From an uncultured Verrucomicrobiae bacterium (lineage in GTDB: Bacteria > Verrucomicrobiota > Verrucomicrobiia > Chthoniobacterales > UBA10450), in NCBI GenBank assembly GCA_963726745.1, contig CAVSDR010000006.1:96001-160000 (forward strand): a stretch of DNA of 64,000 nucleotides. The letters are read 5' to 3'. Position numbers and translations under genes: made by a program. Of the stretch, positions 19,626 through 31,989 are shown piece after piece (the first letter of the stretch is position 1; every line of letters starts with the position of its first letter). The notes under the pieces were generated by a model. It saw nothing but the letters and a program-made list of their open reading frames with translations. It was not told the DNA's origin and did no database searches.

Positions 19626-21221
19626 TCAGTGATTCTCCGATGAGGCAAGCGGATAGTGCGACTGCACCACCAGGTCGCTGAGAAATTTATCCGGCGCCTC
19701 GACCGCCGCGCGCGGCAGCTCGAACTCGGTTTGCCCAGTGTTTTTCTGCACCAGGCTGAGGCCAAATTGGTAATCCTTGAACAGGTGCGCGCAGAGTTCC
19801 GCCATGGTCATGCGCTCGGCCTGGGCGCGTTCCGCAAGGCGCATCGCGCGCCGCTTCGTCGAAGCGAATTGTGAGCCCGTGCTCGCGGGTGAATTCGTCG
19901 GCAAAAACGCGCGCCTGCTTCGCGTAGCGTGGCCGTCTCCTGGCGATCGCCTTCCGCGAGCAAGCGCTCGAGCACCCGGGCAGGCTCGCGCACCAGCTCG
20001 CTGGAAACGCGCAGCTGCGTGAGCCCGGAGCCAGCGAGATGATACTTGTAGTCGCGGAATAATTTCTCCCAGACGGTGAGCAAACCGCGCGCGCCGGTTT
20101 TCTCCTTGGCCGCTTCCGCCGCCATCAAGCGCAAGCGCTTCATCCTCGAAGCTGATCTCGATCCCGTAGGCGCGGAAGGCGCGCTCGTATTGCCGGAGGA
20201 TGCTCCCCTCGGAGAACTTCATGATCTGGTAGAGATCGTCCGCGCTTAGTTCCTCGCAGACCACCCGCACCGGCAGGCGGCCGATGAACTCCGGCTCGAA
20301 GCCATACTCGATGAAATCGGCCGTGCGCACGTGCTGGAACAACTCGTTATCCATCACCTGCCGCGGCTCGGCGTTGAACCCGATCTGCCCCTGCGTGAGC
20401 CGCCGCGAGACCTGCTTCTTCAAGCGCTCGAAGGCGCCGCTGACGACAAAAAGAATGTGCCGGGTGCTGATCGTCTCGCGCTTGGCCTTCCCGCCGCGCT
20501 TCTGGAATTCAAACGCTGCCTGGAGCTGCGCCTGGATATCGTTCGCGCTGCGGAGCGCCACCTCCGTGTCCTCCATCAGCTTGAGCAAGGTCGTCTGCAC
20601 GCCGCGGCCGCTGACGTCGCGTCCGCTCACGTTGGAGGCCGCCGCGATCTTGTCGATCTCGTCGATGTAGATGATCCCAAACTGTGCCAGCTCCACGTCG
20701 CCATCCGCCTTCTGCACGAGCTCGCGCACCAGGTCTTCGACGTCGCCGCCGACGTAACCGGTCTCGCTGAACTTGGTCGCGTCGGCTTTGACAAACGGCA
20801 CTTTGATCAGCTCCGCGATGTGCTTGATCAGGTAGGTTTTTCCGACGCCGGTCGGGCCCACGAGGATGACGTTCTGCTTGGCGTATTCCGTTTCCTCGGC
20901 CTTGGCCGCGTCCTCCTGCGCGAGCCGCCGGAGATAGCCGACGTGATTGTAGTGATCGCAGACCGCGATCGAGAGGACCTTCTTGGCCTCATCCTGCTGG
21001 ATCACGAAGCGGTCGAGATGCGCCTTGATGTCGCGCGGGAGGAAATCGAAAGCAAAAGCGTCGCGCTCGTTCGGCGCCGGCTTTTCCTCGGGCCCGTTTT
21101 CCGACGTTTCCGGCTGGGCAAAAGTGGCGAAGGAAACCTTGTCGCCGAAGTTCGTTTTCATGAACTCGGAGAGCTTCGACTTCAGTTCTTCGGGCGACGG
21201 AAAGGGCGGGTTTTGTTCCAT
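19626..21221 (-). CDS. ClpX-like AAA+ ATPase without N-terminal Zn finger; frameshifts in the 3' part
   Basis: GPTGVGKT, TGYVGGDVE, IYIDEIDK, RDVSGRGVQ, IGF loop, PEFIGRLP; GARGL lies in another frame (19808-20143). Confidence 0.85.
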   Translation of the reverse strand: MEQNPPFPSPEELKSKLSEFMKTNFGDKVSFATFAQPETSENGPEEKPAPNERDAFAFDFLPRDIKAHLDRFVIQQDEAKKVLSIAVCDHYNHVGYLRRLAQEDAAKAEETEYAKQNVILVGPTGVGKTYLIKHIAELIKVPFVKADATKFSETGYVGGDVEDLVRELVQKADGDVELAQFGIIYIDEIDKIAAASNVSGRDVSGRGVQTTLLKLMEDTEVALRSANDIQAQLQAAFEFQKRGGKAKRETISTRHILFVVSGAFERLKKQVSRRLTQGQIGFNAEPRQVMDNELFQHVRTADFIEYGFEPEFIGRLPVRVVCEELSADDLYQIMKFSEGSILRQYERAFRAYGIEISFEDEALALDGGGSGQGENRRARFAHRLGEIIPRLQVSSRWLRAHAAARFQRAGARACPGARALARGRRSPGDGHATRSRRAFLPTNSPASTGSQFASTKRRAMRLAERAQAERMTMAELCAHLFKDYQFGLSLVQKNTGQTEFELPRAAVEAPDKFLSDLVVQSHYPLASSENH

Positions 21222-21304
21222 GCGAAAGGTGTGACCCGCCGACGGCACGGGGCGTTCAAGAACTTATCCGCCCCGCTGGGTGTGTAAAACCGCGCGGCGC
21301 GGTG

Positions 21305-21313
21305 TGGTATAGT
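21305..21313 (+). promoter_or_regulatory. Extended -10 element of copA (probably leaderless)
   Basis: TGGTATAGT ending 5 nt before ATG 21319. Confidence 0.5.
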
Positions 21314-21318
21314 CACCC

Positions 21319-23625
<2,307 letters not shown>

Positions 23626-23629
<4 letters not shown>

Positions 23630-23879
23630 AAGCGCACGGCCAACCCGGCGAACGGCTGGTTGCCCACGAGGTTCACGCCCGTCTCGACGTAAAAATGGCC
23701 GGCGTTGACGGTGGAGGGCCCGGCCGATTGACTGGGTCGATCGGCCGAGAGGCGCGCAAAGGACGATCCGGAGTCGCTTGGAAAAGATTATAGCGGCTCT
23801 TCTCGACCGGGCTGCTCTCTTCCGCGAGCGCGGCGTCGACCGCCAGCAAAAGACAAAAGAAACGCAGGGCAATTCGCAT
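23626..23879 (-). pseudogene. Miniature or internally deleted outer-membrane transporter-like ORF (one frameshift)
   Basis: Signal peptide plus KSRYNLFQATPDRPLR, then shifted LSADRPSQSAGPSTVNAGHFYVETGVNLVGNQPFAGLAVRF*; stop overlaps copA TAG. Confidence 0.55.
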
Positions 23880-23963
23880 CCGGCCTACCGAAATTTTAAC
23901 CAGCATCCTGGCAATCGCCCAAGCGGCATCGACGAAGGGATCGCTTCATGCTATAAGAGGAGC

Positions 23964-24308
23964 ATGTCGCGTCGGCTAACGACTGGTCTGCTCCTTCTGG
24001 TGGCGTTGCTTTTGGCGCCGCTCCAGGGACCGGTGCAGGCCTGTGCCATGAGCACGACGCCGGTGGCGCAGAGTGCGGAATGCCCTTGCTGCGCGACGAT
24101 GAAGTCGTGCGTTTTGCCGCAACAAAATCCTGCCGACACGAGCACTGCTCCAGCGGTGCAAACGGTCGCAATCGTGCTCGCCGCCCCGGCGGCGACGGTC
24201 TTGTTGCAGGAGCTTCTGGCCTCTCCGGCTGACTTCACGGCGGCGACGCCGGTGGTGCTTTCCGCGGGTCCTTCGCGCCTCGCGGTCCTCTGCACTTTCC
24301 TCATCTGA
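23964..24308 (+). CDS. Cys-rich small leader/membrane protein preceding the metal efflux operon
   Basis: N-terminal TM, ACAM..ECPCC..KSC, C-terminal PSRLAVLCTFLI. Confidence 0.7.
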   Translation: MSRRLTTGLLLLVALLLAPLQGPVQACAMSTTPVAQSAECPCCATMKSCVLPQQNPADTSTAPAVQTVAIVLAAPAATVLLQELLASPADFTAATPVVLSAGPSRLAVLCTFLI

Positions 24309-24389
24309 TTCCGGGGCGCTGACAGGCGCAGTGTGCCCATTTCCGGGCACTCCTCTTGGACGTTCTCCGTCCGTGAACCCCCGAATCTC

Positions 24390-25661
24390 ATGAAGAAACT
24401 ATCCCTATTCCTACTACTACTCGTTAGCCAAAGCAGCCACGCCGCCGAGACACTTTCCCTTGAGGAAGCGACCCGGAAAGCGCTGGCTAATTATGCCGGG
24501 CTTCGTGCGGCGCACGCGAAGTGGGAGGCGATGAAGGCGCGCGTCCCGCAGGCCGCCGCCTGGGAGGACCCGATGGTGGGCGTCGACTTTGAGCGGCGCG
24601 AGACCACGCGCTTTGACACCTACAGCGACGCCGAGTGGATGCTCTCGCAAAAGCTTCCGCTGGCGGGGAAAAATCGCAGCCGCGCCCGCGCCGCCGAGGC
24701 CGAAGCGCGCGCGACGCTCGATGAATATCGCCGGCAACAGCTCGACCTGGTGGCGAAGGTGCGCGCGGCCTATTTCCGCTGGTTGAATGCGACTGCGCAG
24801 CTCGACGTGAACCAGCGCAACGATGCGCTGCTCGCGCAATTCTTCGAGATCAGTCGCGCGAAGTATTCCGTGGGCACGCAGACCCAGGGGAGCCTCTTGC
24901 TCGCGGAAACGGACCTGATTCGCCTCCAGGAAGAACGCCGCGCGCTCGAGCGCGAACTCTCCGATGCGCAGTCGGCGCTCAATGTCCTGATGAATCGCCC
25001 GGCCCGCACGGCGCTCGGCCAGCCGGTGGAGGTAAACGTGCGGCCGCTCCGCTTCAATGCCGGCAAGCTCGAGGCGCTCGCGCTGCAATTTCGCCCGGAG
25101 CTGCACCTGGCCGCGAACCGCATCGCCGCCGAGGAGCAGCGGTTGCAGGCGGCGAAACGCGATTGGATTCCGGAGCCGCAGGTGCGCGTGGAAGCGCGTT
25201 CCTTCAAGGGCTCAGGTCGCGGCTTCAACGAATATGACACCGGCGTGTTCTTCAACGTGCCGCTGGGGAACGTGGGCAAATATCGCGCGCAGGAACGCGA
25301 GGCGCGCAGCAGTCTCGAGCAGGCCCAGGCCGAGCTGGAAAACGCGCGCACGGAAACGCTCGGCCTGGTGCGCGACGCACTTGCCAAAGTCGAGACCTAT
25401 CGCCATCACGTGGAGCTCTTCCGCGACCAGCTCCTCCCGCTCACCGCGCAATCGGTCGAGACCAGCCGCAACGGCTACGAGACGGACAAGTCGAGCTTCC
25501 TCGAGTTGATCACCGCGCAGCGCACCCTGCGCGACACCGACGCGACGTATCTTCGCCATCTCGCTGACTACCGCATTGCCCTGGCCGAACTCGAAGCGGT
25601 CGTGGGCGTGGACCTGCAGATTTTCCCAACCTTCCGCCTAACGACTGATTCCTCCAAATGA
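24390..25661 (+). CDS. cusC: TolC/CusC-family outer-membrane efflux protein
   Basis: Signal peptide, LSQKLPLAGK, GYETDKSSFLELITAQR; first gene of the RND operon. Confidence 0.88.
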   Translation: MKKLSLFLLLLVSQSSHAAETLSLEEATRKALANYAGLRAAHAKWEAMKARVPQAAAWEDPMVGVDFERRETTRFDTYSDAEWMLSQKLPLAGKNRSRARAAEAEARATLDEYRRQQLDLVAKVRAAYFRWLNATAQLDVNQRNDALLAQFFEISRAKYSVGTQTQGSLLLAETDLIRLQEERRALERELSDAQSALNVLMNRPARTALGQPVEVNVRPLRFNAGKLEALALQFRPELHLAANRIAAEEQRLQAAKRDWIPEPQVRVEARSFKGSGRGFNEYDTGVFFNVPLGNVGKYRAQEREARSSLEQAQAELENARTETLGLVRDALAKVETYRHHVELFRDQLLPLTAQSVETSRNGYETDKSSFLELITAQRTLRDTDATYLRHLADYRIALAELEAVVGVDLQIFPTFRLTTDSSK

Positions 25662-26912
25662 ACTCGCTCCGCCTCCTTCTCGTCGTCCTTCTCCTGGCCA
25701 CCCTCGGCTGCCACCGGAGCACGCCGCCAAAAACAGACAGCAACATCGATTACTACACCTGCAGCATGCATCCCTCGGTGCACGCCTCGGAGATGGGGAA
25801 GTGCCCGATTTGCGGGATGGATTTGGTCCCGGTGCTGAAACGCGGGGCCGCCGCCAGCGCCGACCGCTCCGACGGCCAACGCGCCTAACGAGTTCAGCGT
25901 CCCGGTGGAACGCCAGCAGCAGATCGGCGTGACCTATGCCCCGGTCGAGCGCCGCGCGCTCGAGCACACGATTCGCGCAGTCGGCATGGTCGAGCCGGAC
26001 TCGACCCGCCGCTGGAGTTTCGTCTCCCGGGTCAACGGCTACGTCGAGAAGCTCTTCGTCACCTCGCCGGGCGAGATCGTGGAAAAAAACGCGCCGCTCC
26101 TTTCGATCTACAGCCCGGACCTGCTGACCACGGAGCGCGAACTCGTTTCCGTCTTTAAGATGCGCGACGACGCGCGCTCGCCCGCGGCGCGCGCCACGGC
26201 GCAACGCTTGATCGAGGCCGCGCGGTCGCGCCTGGAACAGTGGAACGTGACTGCGGAGCAGATCGCAGCCCTGGAAAAGAGCCGGCAACCTTCCGAGTTC
26301 CTGACCCTCCAGTCGCCCTTCCGCGGGATTGTCGAGCGCGTCGCGGCGCAACAGGGCGCCAGCGTAAAACCGGGCGACGCGCTGGTCGAAATCGCCGATC
26401 TCTCGGTCGTCTGGGTGTGGGCCGAGTTCTACGAGAACGAGCTGCGCATGCTTCAGCAGGAACAGGAGCTCGCCCTCACGACCGCTTCTTATCCCGGAGA
26501 AAATTTTGCCGGCAAGATCGCGGTGATCAATCCGTTCATCGACCCGGCGAAACGCACCGCAAAAGTCCGGATCGACATCGCCAACCCCGACTTCAAGCTC
26601 CGCCCCGGCATGTTCATGAACGCCGAGCTCGCGATGGCCATGGGCGAGGGCCTGACCGTGCCCGTGAGCGCGATCATGCCCACCGGCTCGCGCAACATCG
26701 TTTTCGTCGATCAAGGCGACGGCAAACTCGAGCCGCGCCTGGTCGAGCTGGGCGAAAAATACGGCGAGCGCTACGAAGTCCGCCGCGGCCTCCAGGAAGG
26801 CGAGCGCGTGGTCGCGAGCGCGAACTTTTTGATCGATGCCGAAGCCAAAGTGCAAGGCGCGCTCAAAGCCTTCGAAGCCCCCGCGCCCAGCCCGGAGGAG
26901 GCGCAGCCGTGA
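25658..26912 (+). CDS. cusB: CusB-family membrane fusion protein, frameshift near 25870
   Basis: YYTCSMHP..CPICGMDL; then GYVEKL, YSPDLL, LRPGMF, ANFLIDAE. Confidence 0.92.
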
Positions 26913-29900
26913 TCGAAAAGCTGATCGACTGGAGCGCGCGGAACAGGTTCCTCGTCATCGTCTTTACCCTCTTCGCGTTTGCCGGCGGGCTTTACGCGCT
27001 CCGGCACACCCCGCTCGATGCCATCCCGGATCTGAGCGATGTGCAGGTGATCGTTTACACCGATTGGGAAGGGCGCTCGCCCGACCTGATCGAGGACCAG
27101 ATTACCTACCCGATCACGTCGCGTTTCATCGCCGCGCCAAAGGTGAAATTTGTCCGTGGCGAATCGATGTTCGGGAAGTCCTTCGTCTACGTTATTTTCG
27201 AGGACGGGACGGATATCTACTGGGCGCGCTCGCGCGTGATCGAATACTTAAGCTCGGTCCGCGGCTCGCTGCCGGAAGGGGTCAATCCGGTCATCGGTCC
27301 CGACGCCACGGGAGTCGGCTGGGTTTACGAGTACGCGCTGGTCGACGAGACCGGGAAGCAAAGCCTGGCGGACCTGCGTTCCTTCCAGGATTGGAATCTG
27401 CGCTACGCCCTCGAGTCGGTGAAGGGCGTCGCCGAAGTCGCGGCCGTGGGCGGCTTCGTGAAGCAATACCAGATCGATCTCGATCCGAACAAACTCGCGG
27501 CTTACGGCATTACGCTGAGCGACCTCGTCGCACGCGTGAAAGCGAGCAACGGCGACGTCGGCGGCAAAGTCTTCGAAGTCGCGACCACGGAGTATTACGT
27601 GCGCGGCCGCGGCTACATCAAAAGCGTGGACGACATCGAGAATATCGTCCTCAAGGTCGACAACGGCACGCCGGTCTACGTGCGCAATGTCGGGACCGTC
27701 CACCTCGGCGGCGACCTCCGGCGCGGGGTCGCGGAGTTGAATGGCCGGGGCGAAGTCGTGGGCGGGATCGTGGTCATGCGCTACGGCGAAAACGCGCTCG
27801 AAGTAATCGATGGCGTGAAGCGTAAACTCGCCGAAGTGCAGTCGTCGCTCCCGGAGGGCGTGCGCGTCGTGCCCACTTATGACCGCAGCGAGCTGATCAA
27901 GCACGCGATCAAAACGCTGCGCGAAAAGTTGATCGAGGAAAGCATCGTAGTCGCGCTCGTTTGCATCCTTTTCCTCTGGCACGTGCGCTCGGCGCTGGTC
28001 GCGATCATCACCCTGCCGATCGCGATCGTGCTCGCGTTTTTGCCGATGCTGCAGCTGGGATTAACCAGCAACATCATGTCGTTAGGCGGCATCGCCATTG
28101 CCATCGGCGCGATGGTCGACGCTGCAATCATCATGGTGGAAAACGCGCACAAGGCGCTGGAGCATTTCCGGGACGAGCACGGGCGCGAACCCGATAATCG
28201 CGAGCGCGTGGAAGCGATCATCGGCGCGGCAAAATCAGTCGGCCGGCCACTCTTTTTCTCGCTCCTCGTGATCACCGTGAGCTTCATCCCGGTCTTCTCG
28301 CTGACCGCGCAGGAAGGCCGGCTTTTCAAGCCGCTGGCTTACACCAAGACCTTCTCGATGTTCTTCGCCGCGCTCCTCGGCGTGACCTTGGTGCCGGTGC
28401 TGATGACGCTGCTTATCCGCGGCAAGATCACGCCGGAATTTCGAAATCCGGTGAACCGCTTCCTCATTTGGGTCTACCGCCCGGCGGTCGATTTCGTTCT
28501 TCGTTTTCGCTGGCTCACGCTTCTGAGCGCGCTGGTTATTTTACTGCTCACGCTCATTCCTTTCAGCCGCCTCGGCTCGGAGTTCATGCCGCCGTTAAAC
28601 GAAGGCACGATCCTCTACATGCCGACCGCAGTGCCGGGGATGTCGATCAACGAAGCGACCAAAATCCTCCAGATCCAGGACCGGCAACTGAAAAAGATTC
28701 CCGAGGTCCTGACCGTCTTCGGGAAGGCCGGGCAGGCCGACACTTCGACCGATCCCGCGCCGCTCTCGATGTTCGAGACCGTGATCACGCTCCGCCCGCC
28801 TAACGAGTGGAGACCGGGGATGACCTGGGAAAAAATCCTCGAGGAGATGAACGCAATCAAGACTCCTGGGATGGCGAATATCTTCTGGATGCCGATCCAG
28901 ACGCGCACGGAAATGCTCACCACCGGCTTCCGCACTTCGTTAGGCATCAAGGTCTTCGGCGACGACCTCGGGACGATCGAGGAAGTCGCGGTGCAAATCG
29001 AGAAAGCGCTGGCTGATTTTCCAGACACCCGGAGCGTCTTCGCCGAGCGGACCACGGGCGGTTACTTTCTCGACTTCACGGTCAACCGTGAAGCAGCCGC
29101 GCGCTACGGCCTGACCGTGGGCGACGTGAACGACGTCATCGAAACCGCGATCGGCGGCAAGACGATCACGACCACCGTGGAAGGGCGCGAACGCTACCCG
29201 GTGAACGCGCGTTACGCGCGCGATTTTCGCCAGAACCTCGATAGCCTGAAGCGCGTGCTTGTCCCCACCCCGACCGGCGCGCAGGTGCCGATCTCCCTCC
29301 TCGCGAAGATCGAATACAAAACCGGCCCGCCCTCGATCCGGAACGAGAACGGCAAGCTCGTCGGCTTTGTCTTCGTCGACCCGGCCACGAGCGACATCGA
29401 AGGCTACGTGCGCGCGGCGGCGCAGCGGATCCAGGAGCGGGTGAAATTTCCCGCCGGCTATTACATCGAGTGGGCCGGGCAATTCCAATACCTCAAGGCG
29501 GCGGAAAAGCGGCTGCAATTAGTCATCCCTTTCACCCTCCTGATCATCTTCGTGCTCCTTTACCTGAATACGAAGTCGGTCGCGAAAACCGCGATCGTCC
29601 TGCTCGCGGTCCCCTTCTCGTTAGTCGGCGCTTTCTGGCTGATCTACTTGTTAGGCTACAACATGAGCGTGGCCGTCTGGGTGGGCTTGATCGCGCTCGC
29701 CGGGCTCGATGCCGAGACCGGCGTGATCATGCTCCTCTACCTTGACCACGCCTGGGAAAAACGCCGCGCGGAGGGTCGCATGAACTCGTTAGCCGACCTC
29801 CAGGCGGCGGTGCGCGCAGGCGCGGTCGAGCGGATTCGTCCGAAGATCATGACCGTTTGCGCCATCCTCTTCGGGCTCCTGCCGATCATGTGGTCGCCCG

Positions 29901-30079
29901 CGACCCAGGCGGGTGCCGATGTGATGAAGCGCATCGCCACGCCGATGATTGGCGGTATTGTCACCTCGGCGCTGATGGAATTGCTGATCTACCCGGTGAT
30001 CTACGTCCTCTGGCGCGGGCGGGCGCTACCGGCGGAAGATTTGAACGTCCAACAACTTCAACCCATCGAACAAACATGA
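26909..30079 (+). CDS. cusA: CusA Cu/Ag RND efflux pump
   Basis: GTG overlapping cusB TGA; DAIPDLSDVQVIV, GAMVDAAIIMVEN, EFMPPLNEG, RIRPKIMT. Confidence 0.96.
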   Translation: MIEKLIDWSARNRFLVIVFTLFAFAGGLYALRHTPLDAIPDLSDVQVIVYTDWEGRSPDLIEDQITYPITSRFIAAPKVKFVRGESMFGKSFVYVIFEDGTDIYWARSRVIEYLSSVRGSLPEGVNPVIGPDATGVGWVYEYALVDETGKQSLADLRSFQDWNLRYALESVKGVAEVAAVGGFVKQYQIDLDPNKLAAYGITLSDLVARVKASNGDVGGKVFEVATTEYYVRGRGYIKSVDDIENIVLKVDNGTPVYVRNVGTVHLGGDLRRGVAELNGRGEVVGGIVVMRYGENALEVIDGVKRKLAEVQSSLPEGVRVVPTYDRSELIKHAIKTLREKLIEESIVVALVCILFLWHVRSALVAIITLPIAIVLAFLPMLQLGLTSNIMSLGGIAIAIGAMVDAAIIMVENAHKALEHFRDEHGREPDNRERVEAIIGAAKSVGRPLFFSLLVITVSFIPVFSLTAQEGRLFKPLAYTKTFSMFFAALLGVTLVPVLMTLLIRGKITPEFRNPVNRFLIWVYRPAVDFVLRFRWLTLLSALVILLLTLIPFSRLGSEFMPPLNEGTILYMPTAVPGMSINEATKILQIQDRQLKKIPEVLTVFGKAGQADTSTDPAPLSMFETVITLRPPNEWRPGMTWEKILEEMNAIKTPGMANIFWMPIQTRTEMLTTGFRTSLGIKVFGDDLGTIEEVAVQIEKALADFPDTRSVFAERTTGGYFLDFTVNREAAARYGLTVGDVNDVIETAIGGKTITTTVEGRERYPVNARYARDFRQNLDSLKRVLVPTPTGAQVPISLLAKIEYKTGPPSIRNENGKLVGFVFVDPATSDIEGYVRAAAQRIQERVKFPAGYYIEWAGQFQYLKAAEKRLQLVIPFTLLIIFVLLYLNTKSVAKTAIVLLAVPFSLVGAFWLIYLLGYNMSVAVWVGLIALAGLDAETGVIMLLYLDHAWEKRRAEGRMNSLADLQAAVRAGAVERIRPKIMTVCAILFGLLPIMWSPATQAGADVMKRIATPMIGGIVTSALMELLIYPVIYVLWRGRALPAEDLNVQQLQPIEQT

Positions 30080-30471
30080 CTATGAAGAAACTCGTTATCC
30101 TCGCTTTCTCCCTCGCCGCCCTGGCGGCACCGCTCCGGGCCGCGGAACCGGCCGGCGACGAACAGCAATTTCTCCAGCACTACGTCAAGGTGCAGGCCGC
30201 GCTGGCAGCCGATGACCTCGCGGGCGCAAAGCAAGCCGCCGGCGAGCTGGGAGCGGAAGGCAAGCCGCTGGCCGAGAGCGAAAAAATCGCCGACGCGCGG
30301 AACGCCTTCGAGAAGCTGAGCGAGAAAGCCATTCCCCTGGCCAAAGGCAAGCCGGAGTACTACGTGGTCAATTGCCCGATGGTGAAAAAGGATTGGGTGC
30401 AACCGAAGGGCTCAATCGCAAACCCGTATGCGGGCAAGGCAATGCTCACCTGCGGAATGATCAAGAAGTAA
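30076..30471 (+). CDS. Periplasmic DUF3347-like metal-binding protein
   Basis: Signal peptide, YVKVQAALAADD, CPM..WVQ..IANPYAGKAMLTCG. Confidence 0.82.
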   Translation: MTMKKLVILAFSLAALAAPLRAAEPAGDEQQFLQHYVKVQAALAADDLAGAKQAAGELGAEGKPLAESEKIADARNAFEKLSEKAIPLAKGKPEYYVVNCPMVKKDWVQPKGSIANPYAGKAMLTCGMIKK

Positions 30472-30509
30472 ACCAAACGCCCGGCGCCTCCGGGCTTAGA
30501 AAAAACAAA

Positions 30510-30887
30510 ATGAAACCAATGAAAACCCTGTTCGGAATCGCCGCGCTCGCGGCCCTCATCACCAGCCCAATCCTCGCCGCTGAGGAGAAGCATGAACACG
30601 CCGCCGGCGACATGAAAAAGGTCACCGGCGAAGTGGTTGACCTGGCCTGTTACGTCGATCACGGCGCGACCGGCGAGAAGCACGCGGATTGCGCAAAGAA
30701 ATGCATCGAGAACGGATTGCCGGTGGGCTTGAAGTCGGCCGACGGCAAGACCTACCTCCTGATCGGAGACCACATGCCGATGAACAAGGACCTCGCGCAA
30801 TACGCTGCCAAGACGATCACCGTCGAAGGCAAGGTCGTCTCACGCGATGGCGTGAACCTGATCGAGAACGCCAGCATTCAGAAATAG
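30510..30887 (+). CDS. Periplasmic Cys/His protein (OB-fold-like, putative metal chaperone)
   Basis: Signal peptide, HEH, VTGEVVDLACY, HADCAKKCIENGLPVG. Confidence 0.75.
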   Translation: MKPMKTLFGIAALAALITSPILAAEEKHEHAAGDMKKVTGEVVDLACYVDHGATGEKHADCAKKCIENGLPVGLKSADGKTYLLIGDHMPMNKDLAQYAAKTITVEGKVVSRDGVNLIENASIQK

Positions 30888-30898
30888 CCGGCAAGATC

Positions 30899-31396
30899 AT
30901 GCTCGAGCACCTCAGCAATCCGGAATACGTCCACACTTTGCTGAACCCGTTGCCGGTCTACGGACTGGTGACGGGGGTGCTCGCCTTGATCATCGCCCTG
31001 GTGACGCAAGCGCGCGCGGCGCGGGTCACGGCGCTGGCGATTGTCTTCCTCGCCGCGGCTTCGGCGTGGCCAGCCTTCGAATACGGCGAAAAAGGTTACG
31101 ATCGCGTCCTCTCCATGTCCGACAGCGACGGCGCCGCCTGGTTAAAAGAACATGCGCATCGCGCCGACAAATTAATTTATCTCTTCTACGCGTTGGCAGC
31201 GCTCTCCGCAGCCGGCCTGGTGGTCGAATGGAAGGGCTCCGCCAAAGCGGCCACCGCCGTGGCCTTGGTCACGGTGCTGCTCGCAGGCGCGACGCTAGGT
31301 TCCGGCGTCTACATCGCGTATGCAGGCGGTCGCATCCGGCATCGGGAGTTTCGCTACGAGCCTCCGCCCAGCCCCCCGCCGGAAGGAGAGCACTGA
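30899..31396 (+). CDS. DUF2231-like four-TM membrane protein
   Basis: HTLLNPLPV, four TM segments, HAHRA, GGRIRHREFR. Confidence 0.72.
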   Translation: MLEHLSNPEYVHTLLNPLPVYGLVTGVLALIIALVTQARAARVTALAIVFLAAASAWPAFEYGEKGYDRVLSMSDSDGAAWLKEHAHRADKLIYLFYALAALSAAGLVVEWKGSAKAATAVALVTVLLAGATLGSGVYIAYAGGRIRHREFRYEPPPSPPPEGEH

Positions 31397-31434
31397 GTTG
31401 CGACTCCCCTGCCCTGCCTTACCTTAGGCGGGAG

Positions 31435-31989
31435 ATGAAGGCAGCGGCGGAAATCGACCCAAACATGACCATGCGCGACCTGCTCCGGGCGTTTCCGGGC
31501 GCGCAGCGGGCGATGTTTCGGAAGTATCACATCGGTGGTTGCGCCAGCTGTGGTTTTTCGCCGGACGAAACGCTCGCCGGTGTCTGCGCGCGCAACGAGA
31601 ACGTCGAGGTCGAGGAAGCGATCGCGCACATCCTCGCGAGCGACGAAGCGGAGCGCGCGATGCAGCTCACGCCGCAGGAATTAGCCGACAAATTGACCGC
31701 GAACGAACGGCTTCACCTGCTCGATGTGCGCACGCGCGAGGAGTTCGAGGCCGTCCGGCTCCCTGGCGCCGAGCTCTTCACCCAGGAATCGATGCAGGGC
31801 ATCTTGAGCGATTGGGCGCGCGAAGAGTTGCTCGTGATTTACGATCATCAGGGCGCGCGCAGCCTCGACGCGGCCGCTTATTTTCAAGGGCACGGCTTCA
31901 CGAATGTGAAAAGCCTGCGCGGTGGGATTGATGCTTACAGCGCCGAGGTCGACGCCTTGCTGCCGCGCTACGAACTGGAGCCGGCATGA
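31435..31989 (+). CDS. DUF1858-like CxxC domain fused to a rhodanese-like domain
   Basis: FPGAQRAMFRKYHIGGCASCGF; LLDVRTREEF, YDHQGARS, LRGGIDAYS. Confidence 0.82.
   Translation: MKAAAEIDPNMTMRDLLRAFPGAQRAMFRKYHIGGCASCGFSPDETLAGVCARNENVEVEEAIAHILASDEAERAMQLTPQELADKLTANERLHLLDVRTREEFEAVRLPGAELFTQESMQGILSDWAREELLVIYDHQGARSLDAAAYFQGHGFTNVKSLRGGIDAYSAEVDALLPRYELEPA

Noticed and set aside
25658..25888. Stand-alone metal-binding peptide from cusB, or a truncated copA, by programmed frameshifting as in E. coli CopA(Z)
   Set aside because: No slippery sequence is evident, the copA break is in the membrane region, and indels are common throughout the window.
26240..26908. N-terminal extension of CusA (1279-aa ORF), and similar extensions on degT, ftsY and aas
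   Set aside because: These are off-frame overlaps with upstream genes or spacers. Family homology starts at the downstream start codons.
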